Of a DNA stretch of 64,000 nucleotides, positions 49,521 to 57,881 are shown in pieces. This DNA is from an uncultured Candidatus Saccharibacteria bacterium (GTDB lineage: Bacteria > Patescibacteriota > Minisyncoccia > Phycocordibacterales > JAACPR01). Numbering within the stretch: position 1 is the first letter of the stretch; each line of letters starts with the position of its first letter. Under the pieces are notes generated by a model. The model saw only the letters and a program-made list of their open reading frames with translations, made no database searches and was not told where the DNA came from. The DNA lies in the NCBI GenBank assembly GCA_964538855.1, contig CAZIEY010000003.1, positions 34,435 to 98,434 on the forward strand, given 5' to 3'. A program made the translations under genes and the position numbers.

Positions 49521-49656
49521 ACGAACAAAATATGCAACATATCTTTTATACGTTGATAAATAAGAATATATAATGCTTGATATGTTATTAAAAAATACAG
49601 CACTGAGTTTTCATTGTATAGTATTTCACGTAGATATTACAAATAAGCATTATTAT

Positions 49657-50736
49657 ATGAAAAAAACATTATACGTGGTGGCTGCTCTCGTGATACTTGC
49701 GGGTATATATACAACATTCTCATCAAAAAATGTTGCTACAGATAAGCCTGTAAAAATCGGAGTTGTATTACCACTCTCTGGCGGAGCAGCGTTTTTAGGA
49801 GAATCTGCACAAAGAGCAGCACTACTCGCTCTTAAAGATGCAGGCGATACGAAATACGATTATGAATTAGTTATAGATGATGATGGGTTCAATCCGATCA
49901 ATACAGTTACTGTGGTTAACAAGTTGATTAATATTGATAAAGTCCTCGGCATCATCACTTTTGGTTCTGGTACAAGTAACGCAGTTGCGCCAATTAATGA
50001 AGGGGCTAAGGTTGCTCGATTCGGCTTGGCGTCGGATCCGACTTCTGCAGAAGGAAAATATAATTTCGTTCACTGGACACCTCCGTTTAAGGAAGGGGCT
50101 TTATTAGCGCAAGAAATTGTAAAACGCGGTTATAAGACGGTATCGATTATTGATACAGATCATGCGGGTACACTCGCTGTTACGAATGCTATAAAAGATT
50201 CACTGAGGGACACCGAAGTTAAAATTGTGTCATACGATATGACAAAAATCGGCGATAAGGATTTTAGAACAATCGCCGCAAAGATTAAAAACTTACAACC
50301 AGATTTGATTATTTTAGAAATGTTCACCCCTGAAAATGAATTGATGGCACGGCAACTCAGAGATCTTGGGATACATATTCCACTGACGAGCGTAGAAACT
50401 TTTGAATGGAGCAATGAGCCGACATTATTCAACGGAATGTGGTTTGTATCTGATGGAAGAAAGAATCCGGATTTTGTGGATAGATACACTAAAGAATATG
50501 GAACAGGACCAGAAACTGGCTCGACGTATGTGTATGATTTGGTTGCAATGATGATTCGATTACAAGAAGAATCCAATACACGAATTGACCCTACAGATCT
50601 TCCTGAAATTATTATGCAGAAAGGATATAACGATTCTCCATTGTATGGAAAGACAGTTATCGATAAAGACGGATTCTTTGTGACAGAAGCTTCGGTGAAG
50701 AAGATTGTCGATGGTAAAGCGGTGCAGGTAGAATAA
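49657..50736 (+). CDS. LivK-like substrate-binding protein, paralog 6
   Basis: 'VKIGVVLPLSGGAAFLGESAQRAALLALKDA…VNKLINIDKVLGIIT'. Start at MKKTLYV. Confidence 0.7.
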   Translation: MKKTLYVVAALVILAGIYTTFSSKNVATDKPVKIGVVLPLSGGAAFLGESAQRAALLALKDAGDTKYDYELVIDDDGFNPINTVTVVNKLINIDKVLGIITFGSGTSNAVAPINEGAKVARFGLASDPTSAEGKYNFVHWTPPFKEGALLAQEIVKRGYKTVSIIDTDHAGTLAVTNAIKDSLRDTEVKIVSYDMTKIGDKDFRTIAAKIKNLQPDLIILEMFTPENELMARQLRDLGIHIPLTSVETFEWSNEPTLFNGMWFVSDGRKNPDFVDRYTKEYGTGPETGSTYVYDLVAMMIRLQEESNTRIDPTDLPEIIMQKGYNDSPLYGKTVIDKDGFFVTEASVKKIVDGKAVQVE

Positions 50737-50750
50737 ATAAGTAATAAAAA

Positions 50751-50775
50751 ACCGCCTTCGTAGGTGGTTTTTTGT
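50751..50775 (+). terminator. Rho-independent terminator
   Basis: accgcc-ttcgta-ggtggt followed by TTTTTG. Confidence 0.55.
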
Positions 50776-50806
50776 TGATTGACATACACAATCCATCGTA
50801 TATACT

Positions 50807-51091
50807 ATGGATATGAAAACGATGGTAAACATAAAGCTTGATAAAAAGCTTAAAAATCAAGCCTCAAAATTAGCGGAACAAATGGGGTTTAATCTCTCAT
50901 CGATTATTTCTGCGACACTTCGACAATTTGTGGTAAACAAGGAAATCAGTATTTCTCTCAAACCCAAAATGACTCCTTATTTAGAATCGATTATTTCGGA
51001 TGTTAAAAAAGAAAGACAATCGGACAAATCTCCAGTATTCAAAAATGCCACAGAGGCTATTGCGTGGTTGAGACGGCATGTGAAGTCATAA
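50807..51091 (+). CDS. dinJ: DinJ/RelB-family antitoxin (type II toxin-antitoxin system)
   Basis: 'VNIKLDKKLKNQASKLAEQMGFNLSSIISATLRQFV' parallels DinJ 'RIDEDLKNQAADVLAGMGLTISDLVRITL'. Confidence 0.65.
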   Translation: MDMKTMVNIKLDKKLKNQASKLAEQMGFNLSSIISATLRQFVVNKEISISLKPKMTPYLESIISDVKKERQSDKSPVFKNATEAIAWLRRHVKS

Positions 51092-51102
51092 CACAAATTC
51101 AT

Positions 51103-51363
51103 ATGCAAATTATATTCAGTAAAAAGTTTATAAAAGCATATGAAAAGGTTTCTCCTTCCATTCAGAAGAAATTCGACAACCGATTAACTTTATTTTGCAA
51201 AGACCAGAATAATAAAATACTCAATTGTCATGGACTGCATGGTACATATGCTGGATATTTTAGTTTCAACGTAACCTCGGATTATCGAGCGATATTTGAA
51301 TATGTGAATAGTGATAAAATTGAATTAATTACGATCGGGACACATGCACAGTTGTATAAATAA
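51103..51363 (+). CDS. yafQ: YafQ/RelE-family mRNA-interferase toxin
   Basis: 'MQIIFSKKFIKAYEKV…LHGTYAGYFSFNVTSDYRAIFEYVNSDKIELITIGTHAQLY' fits the YafQ/RelE family. Lies 11 nt after the antitoxin. Confidence 0.6.
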   Translation: MQIIFSKKFIKAYEKVSPSIQKKFDNRLTLFCKDQNNKILNCHGLHGTYAGYFSFNVTSDYRAIFEYVNSDKIELITIGTHAQLYK

Positions 51364-51400
51364 TGTATTTTTTTGTTATAATACATTCACCACACAATCC

Positions 51401-52135
51401 ATGCCAATTCTTCAGCTCAAAAACTTCGCAAAGCATTTCGGTGGCGTCAAAGCCGTCTCGGGTGTCGACTGTTCCATTGAAGCGGGGAAAATCACAGGGC
51501 TTATCGGGCCGAACGGGTCAGGGAAATCGACGCTCATTAATTTAGTGACGGGAATTATTCCAAAGGACAAGGGAGTGCTCGTGATTAGCGACGCGGTGCA
51601 CGTCGAAAAAATTCGTCCGTGTGATATGCGAGAATACAAAATTACGCGCACGTTTCAAAACGTTCGTGTGTTCGAACAAATGTCGGTGCTCGATAATATC
51701 ATGCTCGCTTTGACGCATCGCAGCATGTGGCGCACTTTGTTTGAGCGTAACACAAAAATTTATCTTGACCGCGCCGAAGATATTTTGAAATTAATCGGCA
51801 TTCACGAAAAACGACATGAACAAGCCCTGAGCTTGTCATATGGTCAGCGCAAGTTGCTCGAAATTGGACGTGCGATTGCAACTGACGCCGATATTATTTT
51901 GTTTGATGAACCGTACGCAGGACTCTTCCCAGAGATGATTAAAAAAGTTTCCGACATTTTGAAAAAGTTGCGCGAGGAGGGCAAGGCAATTGTTCTTGTC
52001 GAACACAACATGGAAATTATTCGCGACCTCTGCGATCATCTTGTTGTGATGGATTCCGGAACTGTGCTTGCCGAAGGTGACCCGAAAACCGTGCTCGCGC
52101 GACGGGATGTGGTGGAGGCGTATTTGGGGGAGTAA
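51401..52135 (+). CDS. livG: Branched-chain amino acid ABC transporter ATPase LivG-like
   Basis: Walker A GPNGSGKST, signature LSYGQRKLLEIGRA, and a LivG-type C-terminus. Start at MPILQL. Confidence 0.8.
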   Translation: MPILQLKNFAKHFGGVKAVSGVDCSIEAGKITGLIGPNGSGKSTLINLVTGIIPKDKGVLVISDAVHVEKIRPCDMREYKITRTFQNVRVFEQMSVLDNIMLALTHRSMWRTLFERNTKIYLDRAEDILKLIGIHEKRHEQALSLSYGQRKLLEIGRAIATDADIILFDEPYAGLFPEMIKKVSDILKKLREEGKAIVLVEHNMEIIRDLCDHLVVMDSGTVLAEGDPKTVLARRDVVEAYLGE

Positions 52136-52218
52136 TTTTGACTTCTCCTGAGAAAATTCTAAAGAAACCCTAAAGTTTTTTGTAGCTTTACCCAATAATA
52201 TATGGATATAGTATTTGA

Positions 52219-52725
52219 GTGAAACACAACATCGCACTGATCGATGGTCAAAATCTACACCTCGGCACAACGCGTAGTGATAATCTGTGGTCTGTTGATT
52301 TTACAAAATTCAGAATATATTTGAGGGATAAATATAATGTTACTGAAGCCTATTATTTTCTTGGGTATTGGGATGAAAAACATCAAAAACTATACAGCAA
52401 TTTAGAAGCTGCTGGTTTTACCATTATTTTTAAACCACATCACAAAAATTCGCCGACTATCAAGAGGGGAAATGTTGATGCCGATATTATTTTTGAAATG
52501 ATGAAGAATATGTGTGAGGATCCAAATTCGGGCAAAATAATTTTGGTTTCCGGCGATGGTGATTATATGAAAGTTGTCGATTATGCCATCAGCAAGAGTA
52601 AATTAGAGAAGATTTTATTTCCAGATAGAAAAAGGGCGTCGTCGTTGTATCGGTCATTACCATTGAATTTTTGGAATGATTTAAGTGATACACTTATAAA
52701 AACCAAGATCGCGTTCCTAAAATGA
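52219..52725 (+). CDS. NYN-domain (LabA-like) protein, paralog B
   Basis: 'IALIDGQNLHLG', 'NVDADIIFEM', 'LVSGDGDYMKVV'. Confidence 0.65.
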   Translation: MKHNIALIDGQNLHLGTTRSDNLWSVDFTKFRIYLRDKYNVTEAYYFLGYWDEKHQKLYSNLEAAGFTIIFKPHHKNSPTIKRGNVDADIIFEMMKNMCEDPNSGKIILVSGDGDYMKVVDYAISKSKLEKILFPDRKRASSLYRSLPLNFWNDLSDTLIKTKIAFLK

Positions 52726-52856
52726 AAAAGCCTCCTTAGGCAATTAACCGTTCGGATGCTTTTTCGTCGTGATACCCCATAATTATAAGAAAATTGATGG
52801 GGAAGTCAAGCGGAAATTTTTTTGACTTCCTCCTCCCGAAGAGTAAAATAGGAAGT

Positions 52857-53987
52857 ATGAAAAAATCAGTAATAATCGTAGTTATCGTATTGATACTTGG
52901 TGGTCTGTATTTTAGTAATAAACAACCTCAGGATACTTCAACAATTAAGATTGGTGGTAACTTTATCCTGTCTGGTTCTCAGGCTCTAGTTGGGGAATTA
53001 CAGAAAAATGCCACAACGATGGCAATCGAAAAGATTAACAGTGATGGCGGTATCAATGGAAAGAAACTCGAATTAGTTCTCGAGGATAGTGCCTATGACT
53101 CTAAGACTAGTTTGAATGCATACAAAGCTCTTTCGGTAAGAGGGATTAATTACATTATTGCTGATGGTAGCCCCGTTGTTTCGAGTATTAGGGAAGTAGC
53201 CGTGAAAGACGGTAATGTATTGATTGTGCCGGGCGCCACAACCCCAACCTATTTCGATGGTTCAAATTTATCATGTCGCATTGCACTTACTGCAAAAACC
53301 CTCGCTCCGGCATTTGTTGAATTGATGAAAAAGAGTGGGTATAAAAAGGTGGCAACATTATTACCTGATAATGAATACGGTAGGGGTGTGGCTAGTGAAT
53401 TGCATAAAAATATTGACAGTATCAGCGGAGAAATTGTCATCGAGGAATTTTATAACGCAACACCGGGTGCAAATGATTATAGAACCAATATTCTTAAAAT
53501 AAAGGGAGAACAAAACAATATCGACACTGTTATTGCGGTACAAGTGGCTAATACAGTTGAGGCGATGCTTGGTCAAATTAAAGAAGTAGGTCTAATGAAA
53601 CCAATCATCAGTGATTATTACACTGTACAAAATCCTGCTTTGAAAAATCTTGCTCTTGCTAATAATGTTGATTATGTTGATTATGAGTACTCTCGAGATG
53701 GTTCTGTTACAGAAAGCGATATAACTAAAAAGTTTAAACAGGATTACAAAGACAAATTCGGCTCGAATCCTGTGTATTTAGCTGCAGCGCATTATGACGT
53801 TGTTAACATTCTCGCACATGCATTACGAGAAGTTGGAGATAATCCACAAAAAGTCGCTGATTATATTAGCTCAATGAAAAATTACCAAGCTGTTACTGGT
53901 ACATTATCATTTGATGATGATTGTGAAGTAGAGCGCGCTACAGTATTTAGAACTGTAGTAGATGGAAAAATTATAGATTTACCGTAA
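52857..53987 (+). CDS. LivK-like substrate-binding protein, paralog 7
   Basis: 'IKIGGNFILSGSQALVGELQKNATTMAIEKINSDGGINGKK'. GGAAG SD. Start at MKKSVII. Confidence 0.7.
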   Translation: MKKSVIIVVIVLILGGLYFSNKQPQDTSTIKIGGNFILSGSQALVGELQKNATTMAIEKINSDGGINGKKLELVLEDSAYDSKTSLNAYKALSVRGINYIIADGSPVVSSIREVAVKDGNVLIVPGATTPTYFDGSNLSCRIALTAKTLAPAFVELMKKSGYKKVATLLPDNEYGRGVASELHKNIDSISGEIVIEEFYNATPGANDYRTNILKIKGEQNNIDTVIAVQVANTVEAMLGQIKEVGLMKPIISDYYTVQNPALKNLALANNVDYVDYEYSRDGSVTESDITKKFKQDYKDKFGSNPVYLAAAHYDVVNILAHALREVGDNPQKVADYISSMKNYQAVTGTLSFDDDCEVERATVFRTVVDGKIIDLP

Positions 53988-53991
53988 ATTT

Positions 53992-54441
53992 ATGGAAAAA
54001 CCTCATCAGGAATCATACATGCGAGATGTGTTGAGTGATTTTTCAGATAGCACATTATCTGATTGGCTTTCGAAAGAAAATCTGCGAGATAAACCGACAC
54101 GAGTGTTTGAAGGATTTGAAATTACTGCCTCGATTGACGGCAATATTGTTCCTAATCGAGAAGTTTCATTGGTAAAGTTACGATCTGGGGTTGCATACCC
54201 ACAACATGTTCATAAAAATTCTGATGCATATGTTGTTATTGTAAGTGGCGAGGCAGTATTGCTCAGTGGAACTAAGGAAACACCGCTAGTATCAGGGGAT
54301 AAAATACAAATACCTCGTGGTATGCCGCACGGATTTAAATTAGCAGAAGGTCAGGTGTTGGAATTTATCTCCATACAATCTCCACCAATTAGAGACCCGA
54401 AATCTGGTGAAGAGGATTTACATCTAACAGATTTGGTTTAA
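53992..54441 (+). CDS. Cupin-domain protein, paralog B
   Basis: 'AYPQHVHKNSDAYVVIVSGEAVLL…IQIPRGMPHGF'. Confidence 0.6.
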   Translation: MEKPHQESYMRDVLSDFSDSTLSDWLSKENLRDKPTRVFEGFEITASIDGNIVPNREVSLVKLRSGVAYPQHVHKNSDAYVVIVSGEAVLLSGTKETPLVSGDKIQIPRGMPHGFKLAEGQVLEFISIQSPPIRDPKSGEEDLHLTDLV

Positions 54442-54460
54442 GTTTTGCTATAATATATCA

Positions 54461-55186
54461 ATGCAACCAAAAGAAACTCTGCTCACGTTTCGCGACATAA
54501 AAGTCCACTACGGCGGTGTAAAAGCGCTCGATGGTGTTGATGTGACGCTCGATGAGGGCGAGATTGTGGCGCTTATGGGGCCAAACGGCGCGGGGAAGTC
54601 GACTATTTTGAAGGTCTTGTTCGGGCTCGCGCCAATCAGCGCTGGTCATATCTATTGGCACGGCGTTTCAATTGTGCCAAAATCGTTTGAAATTGTTGAA
54701 CGCGGAATTGCTTTTGTGCCACAGGGGCGTCAGCTTTTTAAAAGTCTCAGTGTTCTCGAAAATTTGGAGATGGGTGGATTTTCAATCAACAGCCGTGCCG
54801 TTCTCAAAAATCGAATTAACGAAGTGCTCGATATTTTTCCAGCACTGCGTCCGAAATTGCATGAGCCGGCTCGAAATTTGTCCGGTGGTCAACAACAAAT
54901 GGTGGCGATTGCACGCGGACTCGTGTCTGATCCAAAAATTTTGCTTCTCGACGAACCGTCACTTGGCCTCTCTCCGAAAATTGTCAAAGAGGTGTTTGCA
55001 AAAATTAAAGAAATTAACGAGCGCCGTAAAACCTCGATTATGATTGTCGAACATAATTTGCATTCAGTGCTCGGCATTGCCGACCGCGCATACGTCTTGG
55101 ACAAAGGTGTTGTCGCCATGCAGGACAAGCCGGCCGCGATTTTGTCATCTGGTATTTTAGAAAAAGTTTTCTTGGCTCGACGATAA
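54461..55186 (+). CDS. livF: Branched-chain amino acid ABC transporter ATPase LivF-like
   Basis: Walker A GPNGAGKST, signature LSGGQQQMVAIARG, ~240 aa LivF architecture. Confidence 0.8.
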   Translation: MQPKETLLTFRDIKVHYGGVKALDGVDVTLDEGEIVALMGPNGAGKSTILKVLFGLAPISAGHIYWHGVSIVPKSFEIVERGIAFVPQGRQLFKSLSVLENLEMGGFSINSRAVLKNRINEVLDIFPALRPKLHEPARNLSGGQQQMVAIARGLVSDPKILLLDEPSLGLSPKIVKEVFAKIKEINERRKTSIMIVEHNLHSVLGIADRAYVLDKGVVAMQDKPAAILSSGILEKVFLARR

Positions 55187-55193
55187 TACTTTC

Positions 55194-56336
55194 ATGATAC
55201 AAAATACCCGTACAAAGTTTTTCGTGCTCTGTCTGGGGTTTTTCGCATTGATAGGAAATGTTGAGGCACAGCAACAAGAAATCTTTGATGACTTTCAAGG
55301 CACGTACAGCGCCCGTGTTGTGGAAATTTCAGAATCCGAAACCGTTCCGGTCGGATGGAAAAATATAGATAGTATTGTCCAGACAGTCAAATTGGAATTG
55401 CTGTCAGGCGATCATAAGGGCGAGATGGTTACAATTACAAGCGATTTCCCGCAGATTAAAAATGGTACGCGCGTGTTCGTAAATCACATTATTGATCAGG
55501 CGGGCGAACATCGCTATCACATCACAAACATCGATCGACGAATGTCTTTATACTTCTTTGTTGGATTATTTATTGCGGTAGTCATTGCATTTGGTGGTCG
55601 CCAAGGTGTGCGGTCTCTCATTGCGCTTATTGGTAGTTTTGCTGCGATTTTCTATATTTTAATTCCAGGAATTTTGGCGGGTTGGCATCCGCTCATGGCG
55701 AGTTCCTTGGTTGCATCTGCAGTACTTTTCGTTGCGATCTTTTTGACACATGGTTTTCATCGCGAAGCTGTTGTTGCGTATGTTGGCACGATGATCTCTG
55801 TTACGTTGACGAGTGTTCTGGCTATTCTTGCGGTTTCGGCGACGAAATTGACGGGTTTTTCTGGTGATGAAGCATTTTATTTAAATATCAGCACTGGTGG
55901 TGAACTGAACTTTACTGGACTTTTGCTCGGTGCAATTATTATCGGTATTTTAGGAGTCCTTGATGATATTGCCGTGACCCAATCTGCGGTGGTCAGTGAA
56001 TTATATGCAACAAATCCCGCCACTTCTCCGACTGAAGTTTACAAGCGAGCAATGCGTGTTGGTCGCGAACATGTGAGTGCTCTCGTAAACACACTTGTGC
56101 TCGCTTATACCGGAAGTGCATTACCGGTGCTCATGTTGTTTACGGTCTATAAATATAATTTCGCTACCGTCATTAATTTAGAAGTTATTGCCACCGAAAT
56201 TATTCGCATGATTATCGGCAGTATTGGTCTCATTATAACGGTGCCGATCGTGACGTTCCTTGCTGTGGTCTATTTGAAAGGGCGAGGGCGCATATCAGAG
56301 CACGGCCATGCACATTCGCATTGTCATCACGAATAG
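55194..56336 (+). CDS. YibE/F-like polytopic membrane protein with a His-rich C-terminus
   Basis: 'GILGVLDDIAVTQSAVV' resembles the YibE/F conserved segment. C-terminal 'HGHAHSHCHHE'. Confidence 0.5.
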   Translation: MIQNTRTKFFVLCLGFFALIGNVEAQQQEIFDDFQGTYSARVVEISESETVPVGWKNIDSIVQTVKLELLSGDHKGEMVTITSDFPQIKNGTRVFVNHIIDQAGEHRYHITNIDRRMSLYFFVGLFIAVVIAFGGRQGVRSLIALIGSFAAIFYILIPGILAGWHPLMASSLVASAVLFVAIFLTHGFHREAVVAYVGTMISVTLTSVLAILAVSATKLTGFSGDEAFYLNISTGGELNFTGLLLGAIIIGILGVLDDIAVTQSAVVSELYATNPATSPTEVYKRAMRVGREHVSALVNTLVLAYTGSALPVLMLFTVYKYNFATVINLEVIATEIIRMIIGSIGLIITVPIVTFLAVVYLKGRGRISEHGHAHSHCHHE

Positions 56337-56415
56337 CTTGATTTTATCGAACCTATTAGGTACTATATAGGCCTATTTTCCCCACATACTCCATTAGCAT
56401 AAAACCTTTATATTC

Positions 56416-57711
56416 ATGCTCAAAAACATCATTCTATTTGTTGAGGATGTGCCCAAGAAGTTTTTTGACGACTTGCGCGATTACACTACAAAAACCAACG
56501 AAACATTTCGTGTTGCGGTAATTCGTGATGAGAAAAAACCACTCTCTAAAAACGACGTTGAATTTTTTGCGAAAAATAGCATCATTGATATTCCTTGTAA
56601 TGTCACTGATTCAGAGTCGATTCAGAAAGCACTGCTTTTGTATCAGGAAGAGTTACTCGCGATTACATGTCGTGGTGAGGTTCATGTAGATTTGTTTGCG
56701 AAAATCGTGCCGAATGTGCCGTATTTGAGGACACCGACGAGCGAATCGCTTTTGTGGTCATGCGATAAAATTAAAATGCGTAAACGTTTTCGCGTGCACA
56801 ACAAATCAATTTCTCCGAACTTTTTGGTAGTCAAAGACGACTCTCCGGAAATGATTCAGAAAATTAAAGAAAAGATTGGTTTTCCGCTCATTATTAAGCC
56901 ATCGAATTTGGCGGTGAGTTTGCTCGTATCGATTTGTTTTCATGAGGAGGAGTTAGAGGCTTCGATCAAAAAAGTCTTTAAAAAGATCCGTCGAGTTGGC
57001 GAGGAAAATGGTCGGGCCGAAGTTCCGCGTGTGCTCGTTGAACAATTTATGGAAGGTGAAATGTATTCGGTCGATGCGTATGTAAATTCAAAAGGTGCTG
57101 TGTATTTTTGTCCGGTTGTGCACATCAAAACCGGCCGAGCAATTGGCTTCGATGATTTTTTTGGTTATCAGCAAATTACGCCGACGTTGCTCAAAAAAAC
57201 TTCGATTGAAGCGGCGGAAGCTGTGGCGGAAGATGCAGTGCACGCGCTCGGATTACGTTCAAGTACTGCGCATATCGAATTAATGCGTACTGAAGACGGT
57301 TGGAAAGTGATTGAAATTGGTCCGCGTATTGGAGGCTTTCGCAGGGACTTGTACCAGATGTCGTATGGAATTAATCACGCGATGAACGACGTGCTGATCC
57401 GTATGCCTCGCACACCAATTATTCCTAAAAAGGTGAAAGGCTATTCCGCCGCCATGAAATTCTTCCCGAAACAGGAGGGGATTTTAACGAACCTGACGGG
57501 GATTTTAAAAATCCAGGAATTGAAATCTTTTAAAAAAGTGACTATCAATAAAAAGATTGGCGCCAAGTGTTTGTTTGCAAAAAATGGGGGAGCTAGTATT
57601 TGCAACATTATTTTATTCAATCCATCGCGCTCTGAATTGCTCGCCGATATTCGCCGAATCGAAAGTATGCTTATTATCAAAACTGAAAAAGCTGGTGCCT
57701 CTCAGTCGTAA
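56416..57711 (+). CDS. ATP-grasp domain protein (carboxylate-amine ligase-like), unknown substrate
   Basis: 'IGFPLIIKPSNLAVS', 'VLVEQFMEGEMYSVDAY', 'HIELMRTEDGWKVIEIGPRIGG' are typical ATP-grasp segments. Confidence 0.55.
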   Translation: MLKNIILFVEDVPKKFFDDLRDYTTKTNETFRVAVIRDEKKPLSKNDVEFFAKNSIIDIPCNVTDSESIQKALLLYQEELLAITCRGEVHVDLFAKIVPNVPYLRTPTSESLLWSCDKIKMRKRFRVHNKSISPNFLVVKDDSPEMIQKIKEKIGFPLIIKPSNLAVSLLVSICFHEEELEASIKKVFKKIRRVGEENGRAEVPRVLVEQFMEGEMYSVDAYVNSKGAVYFCPVVHIKTGRAIGFDDFFGYQQITPTLLKKTSIEAAEAVAEDAVHALGLRSSTAHIELMRTEDGWKVIEIGPRIGGFRRDLYQMSYGINHAMNDVLIRMPRTPIIPKKVKGYSAAMKFFPKQEGILTNLTGILKIQELKSFKKVTINKKIGAKCLFAKNGGASICNIILFNPSRSELLADIRRIESMLIIKTEKAGASQS

Positions 57712-57881
57712 GAAATAATGAAGAAAAGTAGTTAAAATAAGGCTTTCGGAGGATGTTTGGTTTCTCCCAATTAGCATCCGAGAACGAGCTGATTTTGACC
57801 GATAGGGAAAAATACAGCGTACTCATTTTAACTACTTTTCTTCATTATTTCTTTATATCGATATGCTATACTCCTTACATC

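Noticed and set aside
51344-51400. N-terminal extension of livG (MHSCINNVFFCYNTF…)
   Set aside because: It overlaps the end of the toxin gene. A TATAAT sits at 51377-51382, and the conserved ABC N-terminus starts at MPILQLKNF (51401).
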